64,000 bases of DNA from Promethearchaeati archaeon (GCA_013166775.1 JABLTJ010000014.1:1-64000); one strand, 5' to 3'. Positions 1 to 9,529 are shown, numbered from the stretch's first letter. A program made the numbers and translations. The notes: generated from the letters alone by a model not told the origin.

Positions 1-108
1 AATAGTAACATAAAACCAATTTTCTTGCTCTTTTGGCACAAACTTTAGTTTGCAAGAAAACATTCTATAAATCAAGAATCCGGCTTGTCCGGGTTAGGGT
101 ATATCATT

Positions 109-744
109 ATGTCAAACTCAGATGTTATCATATTTGAGGATGTTTCATTCTCATACAACGGTTTCATTGCGCTTGAAGATGTGAACTTCAGGGTTAAAAA
201 AGGTGATTTTGTCTCCATCGTGGGTCCCAACGGCGGAGGAAAAACAACACTGATCAAGTTAATGCTGGGACTTCTCAAGCCGGCCCGCGGTAAAATACAT
301 GTTTTCGGGGAATCTCCCGAGCAAGTCCGTACACGGATAGGCTATATGCCGCAATACGCTCAACTGGACCCTGATTTTCCTATTTCAGCTGTTAACGTAG
401 CTCTCATGGGATGCCTCCATAAAAAGATCAGCGGAAATTACTCAAAACCGGAAAAACAGGCCGCTCAGGCAGCACTCGAAGAGGTAGGGCTCCTCAATCT
501 CGCCGGACACCCATTTTCCGAGCTGTCCGGCGGGCAGCGTCAGCGTGTCCTGATAGCTCGGGCCCTCGTGTGTAAACCGGACATCCTGCTGCTCGATGAA
601 CCTACGGCCAATGTCGATGCCGAAGTCGAGGAAAAACTTCACCAGATCCTCCGTAAACTGAATGAACGTATGACCATAATTGTTGCGACCCACGATCTTG
701 GATTTGTATCCATGCTGGGAACTATCGTAATGGTATACAAATGA
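109..744 (+). pseudogene. znuC: Zn/Mn ABC transporter ATP-binding subunit (ZnuC-like), 3'-truncated at a compositional junction near 711
   Basis: Walker A GPNGGGKTT, RIGYMPQ, LSGGQRQR signature, LLLDEPT Walker B, THDLGFVS H-loop. Family-like sequence stops right after the H-loop. GC-richer than the rest of the window. ATG at 109 preferred over TTG at 85. Confidence 0.85.
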
Positions 745-1157
745 CTTATAGCAACTATTTCAGCATTCACTCCAATCTTTTCTTCAAAAACAAGGAATAC
801 GGTATCAAGATAAATGGAGGTTCGTGGTATAATATTCTTCATCACAATAACTTTACTGATAATAACACTCCTGGTAATTCACAAGCGTATGACGGTGGGA
901 AAGAAACTCTCTGGTATGAGAAAGAAACAAAAGAAGGGAATTATTGGTCAGATTGGAAAGGAAGAGGAAAATACCGTATTGATGGTTCTGCGAACTCTAA
1001 AGACCCTTATCCTTTAGATATAAATTTACATCCTTTTAGGTCTAAGGTACCTTACATAGTTCTCCCTTCTTGTCTTTTACTACTCGTTATAGGGGTACTA
1101 CTCTATGGTTTTGTTATTCGTAAAAGGAGAAAAAAAAATTCTTTTCCAGATAATTGA
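717..1157 (+). pseudogene. C-terminal fragment of a NosD/right-handed beta-helix surface protein with TM+basic tail
   Basis: Frame is open upstream of ATG741 (GNYRNGIQMTYSNY, beta-helix-like). QAYDGG..GNYWSDW..Y.I....D.YPL motif shared with 1354-2739 and 4548-6245. No N-terminus or signal peptide. Confidence 0.75.
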
Positions 1158-1353
1158 GACCAAGACATAGATTTTGCAGGTTTTCCTGGACGTCCTCTCT
1201 TTCCACTTTTTCCTGGACGTCCCTGTCTACCTGGTTTTGCAGGAGAAGACTGTTATTAATCATAATATTATATTAGAAGACTTAGTATAAGGAACAAATA
1301 AGAGAAAACTTTATTAAATGTGTAACATATCAATATATTGATATGTGTTTGAA

Positions 1354-2739
1354 ATGAAACGTAAAATCAAGCTTTTATTAGTTTTTGGAATCATCTTTCT
1401 AGTTGTGGGAGGTGGTTTTTTAAGTATTTATCTTATGTTATATTTTGGTCAAAGGCCTGAAGATGCAGAAATTGAGATTTGGGGTCACAAAGGAGATTTT
1501 GAGAAATACGATTTTATTTCTGGTGCTGGATCTGAAGACGATCCATATATAATTAGAAACTTAGTTGTTGTAACAAACAAGAATTATGCTCTCGCAATTT
1601 ACTGTGAATCAGAGGTAATCTATATTATTAATTGTACAATTACTAATAATTACAACAAGAGAAGAAATGCGAATATTGGTATTAGTCTGAATTTTCAAGG
1701 AAAAACAATTATCGAAAATAATACAATTCAATCATATGGAGGAGGAATAGTTGTCGACAGACATTCACATCAAGAAGCAACGACTAATGAAAAATATGTA
1801 ACAGTCAAAAATAACCATGTTTATGATGTTAGTAATCATCTCTATATTAATTCTCAAAATGCGGAAGTTATGAATAATACTTTAATACGAGATACAGAGC
1901 CAAAAGAAAGATGGATTTATGGTTCCTATATATCCATTGAGAATAATCTATCTATCATAAACAACACATTGGTTAAAACAGGTTTTGATTTTAATATGGG
2001 TACTTTCAGTCTAAATTTCTCAACAATCAAGATTGAAGGAAACCAGATAAATGGATTACCACTTCTAGTGGTATTGAATGAGGAAGATCTTTTTATTGAA
2101 AATATAAGTATTGGTCAAGTTGCTGTCATAGCATCTGAAAATATTACGTTATCTAAACTCATTCTTCAATATACTAGCAATGGAATCAGCATATTGCTAT
2201 CAAACAATTGTACTATTGAAAATAACAAGCTATCAGATAACATTATGGGTATTAGAATTTTCAATTGTAAATTGCTTTCAATCAGGAGAAATATTATTCA
2301 AAATCATTACAATATAGCTATAAACACATATTATATGATGGATTCTGATATCTTTGAAAACACATGTACAACTAGTTGGAGAGGAATCGATTTAACTTCT
2401 TCATCAAACAATAATGTTTCAAATAATACAGTATCAGAATGTAATGGAGGAATTACTGTTTTCAGAAATAGTTATAATAATACTATTAAAGATAACTTAC
2501 TACAGAACAATAGAGGAGATTGGGGAATCTTTATTGTTGGAGATAATTGCTCAATTTATAATAATACATTAATAGACAATAACACAGATAGAGATGGTAA
2601 ACAAGGCTACGATAGTGGCACAGGAAATAAATGGTTTGATGGAACTACTGGGAATAAATGGTCTGATTGGTCTGGATCGGGATATTACTACTTAGATGGG
2701 AATGCAGGAAATTATGATCCTTATCCAAGTTTTCCTTAA
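1354..2739 (+). CDS. Membrane-anchored right-handed parallel beta-helix (NosD/CASH-like) protein
   Basis: N-terminal TM, G.GS.DDPYII motif, repeated N.I..N...GI units, GNKWSDW end motif. Confidence 0.85.
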   Translation: MKRKIKLLLVFGIIFLVVGGGFLSIYLMLYFGQRPEDAEIEIWGHKGDFEKYDFISGAGSEDDPYIIRNLVVVTNKNYALAIYCESEVIYIINCTITNNYNKRRNANIGISLNFQGKTIIENNTIQSYGGGIVVDRHSHQEATTNEKYVTVKNNHVYDVSNHLYINSQNAEVMNNTLIRDTEPKERWIYGSYISIENNLSIINNTLVKTGFDFNMGTFSLNFSTIKIEGNQINGLPLLVVLNEEDLFIENISIGQVAVIASENITLSKLILQYTSNGISILLSNNCTIENNKLSDNIMGIRIFNCKLLSIRRNIIQNHYNIAINTYYMMDSDIFENTCTTSWRGIDLTSSSNNNVSNNTVSECNGGITVFRNSYNNTIKDNLLQNNRGDWGIFIVGDNCSIYNNTLIDNNTDRDGKQGYDSGTGNKWFDGTTGNKWSDWSGSGYYYLDGNAGNYDPYPSFP

Positions 2740-2814
2740 TCTTTTGCATATTGAATGCGATATTTACTCAATTAAATAATGCAGTAAGATATCATCTGAA
2801 TGCTTAAGAATAGA

Positions 2815-2909
2815 AAATAACCTTGTTGCAAGGTTTAAGTTTTTTTTTACAACCTACCTTCTTGTCAAGAGGTCTATCATAAGAAGGTGGGTTGACAACA
2901 AGGTTATTT
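2815..2909. repeat. 95-bp element with nested inverted repeats (MITE-like or attC-like)
   Basis: Perfect 14-bp outer IR AAATAACCTTGTTG (2815-2828) / CAACAAGGTTATTT (2896-2909). Inner IR CAACCTACCTTCTT (2850-2863) / AAGAAGGTGGGTTG (2881-2894), 13/14. Confidence 0.85.
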
Positions 2910-2935
2910 GGAAAGAAAACTTGAAGTCTTTTTTC

Positions 2936-3784
2936 TCACTCATCCAAAGAATCTAAGCCATATGCTTTACTTAATCGCACTCGATAATCTGCAATAAACC
3001 TAGTTGTAGGACCACCATCTACAGTAGTGTGATCAATATTGAAAGTAATCCATAGATAATCACGAGGTTCTATTTTATCTAGATTAAGTGACCCATCTTC
3101 ATTAATAGGATATCCTGGTTTTTTATCAATACCTCCAGCATTAATAGAGATATTCTCTGTTGCGATTGGAATTGCTGTTCCTCCCCCTTTAGCATACACA
3201 CCTACTGAGGTAATACCAGCTGTCCCTAGAAAGTTTCTTCGTGAAAAGGGATTTTTGTATATTCGATTCATCAAGAAACGTCTAAGGAATCCTGGTAACT
3301 TAAGTAATAAATCTCTTCCAGATTCTTCGTCTTTATCTAATATACTGTCATCTTTCTTTGATACACCAGACCTGAATACTTCAGTTATCTCCAAAATAGA
3401 TTTTTCATTAGCTTTTCTGATCAATACTTGCGAAGGTACTTTCTTTCCTTTAATTTCCTTCTCTACAATACAAGTAAGATCTACATCCTCGAATATAACC
3501 ATACGTCTTCGTCCCCATTTTATAGCTTGCATACTCGGATGATCTACAAGGGTTTGAGCAAAAATGTAAGATAGATATGCTGTAAAGGAAATTTTTATTC
3601 CTTTTTCTTTGTATTCAGCAATTTTCTTGAGAGGAAGAGTGACATCTATTTCTCCTATTGCATAAACCTTCATAGTTTTTTTACCAATAGAGATGAAATC
3701 AACAACAATATCTCGGCTATGAGTAAAAGGCACAGTATAGTATCTACCATGTTTCGAGTTTTTCATGATTTTCTCTTTTTTCAT
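2936..3784 (-). CDS. 2-oxoacid dehydrogenase acyltransferase (E2) catalytic-domain-only protein
   Basis: GTAGITSVG and DHTTVDGG catalytic motif. No lipoyl or E3-binding domain. Confidence 0.85.
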   Translation of the reverse strand: MKKEKIMKNSKHGRYYTVPFTHSRDIVVDFISIGKKTMKVYAIGEIDVTLPLKKIAEYKEKGIKISFTAYLSYIFAQTLVDHPSMQAIKWGRRRMVIFEDVDLTCIVEKEIKGKKVPSQVLIRKANEKSILEITEVFRSGVSKKDDSILDKDEESGRDLLLKLPGFLRRFLMNRIYKNPFSRRNFLGTAGITSVGVYAKGGGTAIPIATENISINAGGIDKKPGYPINEDGSLNLDKIEPRDYLWITFNIDHTTVDGGPTTRFIADYRVRLSKAYGLDSLDE

Positions 3785-3920
3785 TATTGATAAGATAAAT
3801 AGGTTGTAAGATAAATATTTTGGAAAATCAATAAAAACAACAAGTAGAATAATTTCTGATAGAGTTGATTTAAAAAAATGTTCAAAGGAAAAAAATGATT
3901 TCTTCCTAGTTTTAGGAAAA

Positions 3921-4418
3921 CTAGGAGAATTTCTTCTTTAGATTCTCTCCAAAAATTCTTGCATTCTGAAGATCTTCCTTTGAGGGATAACCTTCATTAT
4001 CGACTATTTTTCCCATCATTCGGATAGCACCTTTACAATAGAAACGTTCTTCCAAAACAGTGATGTTGCCATTTTTATTAATGATGTTCTCCATAGTTTC
4101 AAATACCATCTCTTTAATCTTCTTGGGATTATCTTCCGATTTTGGCATATTTTCATCTGGTCCTCCACTTGTAAAAAATAGAGCAACTGCTTTTCCATCA
4201 ATATTCTTTTTACTAAGTTTCTTCAACCATCTTTTTCCTGTAGATGTGACTCTGAACATCATTGGCCATGTACCAAGTACCAGTAAATCATAGTCTTCTA
4301 TATCTTTTGGTATGCTCTTCTGATTTATAGCTTCTACTCCTAATCCTTCAGCTATTTTCTCTGCTACTTGTTTGGTGTTACCACCTCTAGAATTGTAAAT
4401 TACTATTGCTTTGGTCAT
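3921..4418 (-). CDS. Flavodoxin family protein
   Basis: YNSRGGNTKQVAEKIAEGL FMN loop, YDLLVLGT, VALFFTSGG. Confidence 0.85.
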   Translation of the reverse strand: MTKAIVIYNSRGGNTKQVAEKIAEGLGVEAINQKSIPKDIEDYDLLVLGTWPMMFRVTSTGKRWLKKLSKKNIDGKAVALFFTSGGPDENMPKSEDNPKKIKEMVFETMENIINKNGNITVLEERFYCKGAIRMMGKIVDNEGYPSKEDLQNARIFGENLKKKFS

Positions 4419-4489
4419 GAGTATCCAGAATTATGAATAAAATCAGCTATTTATATTTTTACAACTAGATATATGAGTCTACAAATATA

Positions 4490-4501
4490 ACTACAAGGTT
4501 A
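4490..4501 (+). repeat. Partial copy of dispersed intergenic repeat (ACTACAAGGTTA)
   Basis: 12/12 identical to the 3' end of the 8411-8437 copy, intergenic, same orientation. Confidence 0.5.
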
Positions 4502-4547
4502 CTGAATCAAGATAAATTAAACATTTTTAGAAAAAAAGAAGAAGAGT

Positions 4548-6245
4548 CTATCTCCTTCTGCAAGCTATGAAAACAAGTGATAATAGAGATATGAATCCAA
4601 TTATTAAAACTAAGGATAGATTTTGATTTAGTTCAGGTACAAAGGGGACAGATAACGGATATTCATCCACTACATATCCATTGCTAGAGATTTCATAATT
4701 TCCTACTCCTAACCAATCAGACCAGTAGTTTCCTTCTTGAAGAGTTATGTTATACCAGTAATTTGCGTAACCAGAACTGTCAAGTGCTTGAGAATAAGTC
4801 CCATCACCATTGTCAATAAAATCATTATGGTAAATAGTAGTAAATTTACTTTCAACAAGAACAATTGCATACATTGTATTAGATTGGAATTTATTCGTTT
4901 TTATCAAACAACCATTTGATTTATAGTGAACTAGTCCCATATAGTTTTCAATGAATAAGTTATCTGTAATATCAATTAATATTGATTGAGATGTTGCAAA
5001 ACCATTTTCATTTCTTTCGAAAAAACAATTCTTAAGACTTATTCCAATACTATCATAAATTCTAATTCCGTTAACACAATCTAATATATCAACAGAGTCA
5101 ATTATAATATCTGAACAATTAAACATTGTAATTGCTTGCGAAGTCTGATCGATTAAAATATTATTTATATTTATTATTGAACAGTTCATAAAGAATATTT
5201 GTCCATAATTGCTTGTAATTGTTAAAGAATCTATATTTTTAAATAATTTCACTAGCTTTCCATTAACATAATTATTAGTATTATTGATTGTTAAAGTAAA
5301 CAGTCTTGTAAAATTGTCATCACTAAGTACAAAACCATCACCATCTAGTCTATTGTTTGCAAAATCTAGATATTCATTATAATTAGATTCAATTCCTTTC
5401 TCTACATTCAAGGAACAATTGTTACCAAATACAAGACATTCTTTACAATACCATAGACATAATCCTCTATCATTTTTATTCAATACATTAGAATTGATGG
5501 TGCAATTATACAAATAACTAAGGAAAATCCCAGCATTAGTACAATTAGTTAAGATATTTTCTTCAATCTCCACTAGACTAACATTTTTAACATGAATACC
5601 AACATCAGAATTTGAAATCTTGTTTTCCATAATATAGCTATTATTAGATTTTTCCACAGCAATTCCATTCGAATCACAGAATTCAATTGTATTGTTATAA
5701 ATTATCATATTCGAACCACCAGTATAGCAACTAATCCCATGATAATGACAATCTGAAATAAAATTGGATTCTATTTTCTGATTAGGAGAATCAAGAATTC
5801 GTATACCATAACCATTGCTAATTATTTTGTTATTGTATATTTTAGCTGTATTAGGTGCTATTTCCTGAAAAGATATTCCACACCACCCACCAGATATGAT
5901 ACAATTTCTAATTTCGAAATAATGTGTTGTCCAAAATATGGAAATACCAATAAGTGGAGGATATCCACTTGCATTAATTGCGTAATTCTCAATAATGAAA
6001 GGATTATTTAGAGATCCATCACCTTTAGAGCTGTAAGTTTGGAAACCAGATAGACTATTTATCGAAAATGGGGAATCAGGAAGCGGAGGAAGAAATTTCG
6101 GAGTTTTAACTTCTGAAATTTGTGCTTTTATCAGTTCTTCAAATTTATATGATTGGTTTAATGTAGAAGAAGAGAGAAGAATTAAACAAATTAAAAAACC
6201 AATTAAAAATATTCTTTTCAAATTACTTTTTCCTTGAAATATCAT
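4548..6245 (-). CDS. Secreted NosD/right-handed beta-helix protein with VPE-type C-terminal sorting signal
   Basis: Signal peptide, GDGSLNNPFII, many N..GI repeats, EGNYWSDW, then VPEL + TM + RRR. Confidence 0.85.
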   Translation of the reverse strand: MIFQGKSNLKRIFLIGFLICLILLSSSTLNQSYKFEELIKAQISEVKTPKFLPPLPDSPFSINSLSGFQTYSSKGDGSLNNPFIIENYAINASGYPPLIGISIFWTTHYFEIRNCIISGGWCGISFQEIAPNTAKIYNNKIISNGYGIRILDSPNQKIESNFISDCHYHGISCYTGGSNMIIYNNTIEFCDSNGIAVEKSNNSYIMENKISNSDVGIHVKNVSLVEIEENILTNCTNAGIFLSYLYNCTINSNVLNKNDRGLCLWYCKECLVFGNNCSLNVEKGIESNYNEYLDFANNRLDGDGFVLSDDNFTRLFTLTINNTNNYVNGKLVKLFKNIDSLTITSNYGQIFFMNCSIININNILIDQTSQAITMFNCSDIIIDSVDILDCVNGIRIYDSIGISLKNCFFERNENGFATSQSILIDITDNLFIENYMGLVHYKSNGCLIKTNKFQSNTMYAIVLVESKFTTIYHNDFIDNGDGTYSQALDSSGYANYWYNITLQEGNYWSDWLGVGNYEISSNGYVVDEYPLSVPFVPELNQNLSLVLIIGFISLLSLVFIACRRR

Positions 6246-6326
6246 CGTTAAGGAATATATTTTTAATATCTTAAATGTTTTTAAGCTATTTTTTTTCCTT
6301 TGAAAGCTTCATAAAAGTATTCAAAG

Positions 6327-6355
6327 CATAAGAAGGTGGGAAAACAACAAGGTTA
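6327..6355 (+). repeat. Dispersed repeat copy CATAAGAAGGTGGGAAAACAACAAGGTTA
   Basis: 26/29 identical to 2878-2906. Confidence 0.85.
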
Positions 6356-6416
6356 GCTAAAGATATTATCTGTCCTTTTGTAAATAATAAACTTTTATAA
6401 AGTTCTTCAAAACGGA

Positions 6417-6973
6417 TTGAATATGTCTTGTGATGATAATGAGCAAGCATTGGATGTTACTTTAGGAAGTGGTCGTTGGATGGGGATAGGGCCATTTACT
6501 GTTCAAATTAGTCGTATCCTTCTTTATTTAGCCTCTTTCCTAGTCAGAACAGCATTAGGTGGTTATGGCCTTGAAAGAAGTATTCTCAAAAAAGAAAGTT
6601 CACTAGCAAAATACTGGTGGGGATGGACTTTAGTAGGTGTAACTTCAATTATTATTTTCATTCTTAATTCTTCATATTTCCCTCCCATAGATCCTGGAAT
6701 CTTTTTATTGGTCTGTGTATTTGTCTCTGTTGCACTAATAGCAATCTTTCTCCGTTTTATGAAAAAGAAACAAAATTCTAAGTAACTTGGCAGTTAATTC
6801 ATATGGTATCTACATGTCCACTATGTGTTTGTACTTTGGTTACAATATGCGTTTCTTTTTGTTGAAATTCATGCAATTTTGAAAGCATTGATTGTTTTCA
6901 TTGGAGGATTAGGTCTTAGTTGGTGAGTTATTTTTGTTTTCTGAAAATCCCTGGAGTAGCAAAAGTCATCTAG
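6417..6973 (+). pseudogene. Degraded acyltransferase 3 (OpgC-like) membrane protein, 5'-truncated and multiply frameshifted
   Basis: GPFTVQISRILLY..GLE..LAKYWW. After frame changes it continues NSYGIY / VHYVFVLWLQYAF..ILKALIVFIGGLGLSW / LKIPGVAKVI*, the typical family C-terminus. Confidence 0.7.
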
Positions 6974-7197
6974 ATATTTTCTGAGAAAATTCCAGTATGA
7001 TCGCAATTGTTGCTTGGGTTATATTTTGTCTTCATTGAATTATTGCAAAGGGTATAGAACTAATATATTTAGTTGGTATTAAAACTTAAATCGGAAAAAT
7101 TATCGTTTGTATCCTTTTTTAAATTATTATTACAAATAACAAATTACTATAAACAAAACATAGATAATATTTAAATTAATTAAATTATGTGAGAATT

Positions 7198-7812
7198 ATG
7201 GCTCTAGCTGAATCAGCTTCGTTATTAGGTTTTATTGTTGCCTTTTTTGGATCATTTTTAGGCATGATTAATCTTTGGTATACACGTGAAAAAACAAAAG
7301 TTCTTGGACCTAGAATTAATATTCCTTACATTGAATTCGATGAAATTAAAGAAAAAAAGAGTGAAACAGGTGTTAGACTTAATGTTCTCTTTCAGAATGT
7401 TGGAGATAGAATTTCTTTTCTTATAATAAGAAAAATAACTATAAAGAAAACTATGATTGAAGAAGATCAAAAATCAGTCGTTTTTCAACCTTCAATTGAT
7501 GAAGAAGGATTAATGTTTCAACCTCAAGCACAGAAAATTAGAAATTTTGATATTAAGGTTCCATTATCTAGAGATGAATTGGAAAATTCTGAAATTATGA
7601 TTAGTACTATGTACACTGATCATGTTGGTAATCTTATAGAAAAAGGTTGGAAATTTAGAATTGATGATGAATTAGTTGGAAACTTAGTTTCAATCTGGAA
7701 AAATGAAAAAGTTCTACAGAAGGAACAGAGAAGGATAAATTTTGCAGAACATAGAATTGAACAAACCTCGTTTAAGGAAATAGAAGAAAATAAGATTATT
7801 AAAAATGACTGA
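7198..7812 (+). CDS. Hypothetical protein with N-terminal TM and beta-rich soluble domain
   Basis: Long ORF, hydrophobic N-terminus, no recognised motif. Confidence 0.7.
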   Translation: MALAESASLLGFIVAFFGSFLGMINLWYTREKTKVLGPRINIPYIEFDEIKEKKSETGVRLNVLFQNVGDRISFLIIRKITIKKTMIEEDQKSVVFQPSIDEEGLMFQPQAQKIRNFDIKVPLSRDELENSEIMISTMYTDHVGNLIEKGWKFRIDDELVGNLVSIWKNEKVLQKEQRRINFAEHRIEQTSFKEIEENKIIKND

Positions 7813-8020
7813 TTTATTTTTTCTATTTGCATTAACTTTTCAAAGAGTATGGAATTAATAAATTTAGGAAGAAGAAAAAAAAAGAAGAATTAATTTCTTT
7901 TTCTAGACAAATTAACTAGAGAATTTAAGAATAGATTACTTGTTAGAGGACAATTAAGCTAGTTTTCTCTCCTGAACAATGCATATCTTACTTAATTGAG
8001 AGACATAACATTTACTAACA

Positions 8021-8362
8021 TCAAAGGAAATCTAATATCATAGAAGCTTCGTCCTTTTGAGCTCTTGTTCTTCTGATAGCATCTTTAACAGTACCACTAA
8101 TATTGTATTTTGAGAAATCTTCATGACAAGATACACAGAATAGATTTTCTCGATTATTTTCATGCTTACATTTAGGACAAAAGAATGTTACTTGCTTGTT
8201 TTCTCCCTCTTCTTGTGAAGATAAACTTTCATTATACTTTACAGGAATTCGTTTCTGTTTGAATCTTAGAATGGCTTCTTTCAAATCAAAACCACAGTAC
8301 TCACAAAATCGACTTTCAGACTCATGAAGTTTTTCACAATTTGCACAATAAAGTTCAGACAT
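8021..8362 (-). CDS. Double zinc-ribbon protein (paralogue family member 1)
   Basis: CANC..FCEYCG and CPKC..FCVSC. N-terminal module shared with 13112-13753 and 17078-17392. Confidence 0.8.
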   Translation of the reverse strand: MSELYCANCEKLHESESRFCEYCGFDLKEAILRFKQKRIPVKYNESLSSQEEGENKQVTFFCPKCKHENNRENLFCVSCHEDFSKYNISGTVKDAIRRTRAQKDEASMILDFL

Positions 8363-8410
8363 ATCAAAAAAACAAATTTCATCAAGCCTTAAAAGAATTT
8401 CGAATAAAAT

Positions 8411-8437
8411 TAAGGAGGTGGGTTGACTACAAGGTTA
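8411..8437 (+). repeat. Dispersed repeat copy TAAGGAGGTGGGTTGACTACAAGGTTA
   Basis: 25/27 identical to 2880-2906. Its end extends to GTTAGGC. Confidence 0.85.
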
Positions 8438-8626
8438 GGCAAGAGTTAGAATCAAGCATAAGAAATATCTCGAAAGTAAATATTTGTTTACGAATGAAGA
8501 AAAGCTAAGTATGTTTAGTATTTCGTAATTTAAAGGAGGAAGTGATTATACCAATTTAAAGGTTTATGTGTCAAAGTCTGTTCTAAGCACGTTAAAAGGT
8601 TGAATTAAAGGAATGCATTTTCATAG

Positions 8627-9529
8627 TTATATTCCCAGTAGTTTTTTGGCATTATTACCTAAGATTGCTTTTTTTTCCTCCTCAGTAAAAGGTTGAACAC
8701 CCATTTGTTTTAAAGGCTCGGGTACATTTAGATTCTTGATTCCTTGTACCCATTCTGATTGAGATACTATATGGGTGAACAGGGGCCAATCTGAACCGAA
8801 CAATATTTTCTCTATTCCGCACGTCATTCTTGCATTTTGTAACATTTGTACGAAAATTCCTGGAACATGTTTAAACGCAGATTCCCAAGCAGAGATGTCT
8901 AGATACACGTTTGGATTCTTCGCTGCAACTGCAAATGCTTGATCAGTGAATGGATTACCCATATGAGCCATGATGAAATTAATATTTGGAAAATCGACTG
9001 CTACAGTGTCAATATAGATTGGTTGACAGTATTTTAGATAAGTATACCGTGGTCCTAAACCAGTATGTGCTAGTATGGGGACGTTAAATTCTTCAACTTT
9101 CCTGTAAAAATCATAATACTCCTTAGAATCTGGATAAAATCCAGTTAATGTCCAAAATTTTACTCCCTTGAGACCTAATTCCTCAATACATCTTTCAAGC
9201 TCTACGATAGCCTCAATACCTCTTCGAGGATCAATCCCTGCAAATCCGATAATTTTGTCAGAATAGTTCTCAACAATATCTGCAACGTAATCATTATAAA
9301 CTTTAAAATCCAACTTACTTCGGTATTTCAAGTAACCATCTAAAGCAAGAATCACCGTTTTATCGATACCTGCTTCATCCATTTCTTCCACTAAACGCTC
9401 CACAGAGCCATTAAGTACAGATTGAGGATCAGGACATTTAAAATTTCTAATCATGCTTTCCAACAGTTTATTGAAATCTCCATCGATGATGGTTTCATCC
9501 CATATGTGACAATGAATATCAATTATCAT
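8627..9529 (-). CDS. Amidohydrolase family protein (Amidohydro_2)
   Basis: IIDIHCH, GLKGVK, AHTG, MAHMG, NVYLDIS, ILFGSDWP. Confidence 0.9.
   Translation of the reverse strand: MIIDIHCHIWDETIIDGDFNKLLESMIRNFKCPDPQSVLNGSVERLVEEMDEAGIDKTVILALDGYLKYRSKLDFKVYNDYVADIVENYSDKIIGFAGIDPRRGIEAIVELERCIEELGLKGVKFWTLTGFYPDSKEYYDFYRKVEEFNVPILAHTGLGPRYTYLKYCQPIYIDTVAVDFPNINFIMAHMGNPFTDQAFAVAAKNPNVYLDISAWESAFKHVPGIFVQMLQNARMTCGIEKILFGSDWPLFTHIVSQSEWVQGIKNLNVPEPLKQMGVQPFTEEEKKAILGNNAKKLLGI

Noticed and set aside
1170-1245. Collagen-like gene
   Set aside because: Only six Gly-X-Y triplets, preceded by in-frame stops and no start codon
2815-8440. Dispersed repeat as CRISPR or Xer dif sites
   Set aside because: kb-scale spacing with genes in between, and no 11-6-11 inverted-arm structure
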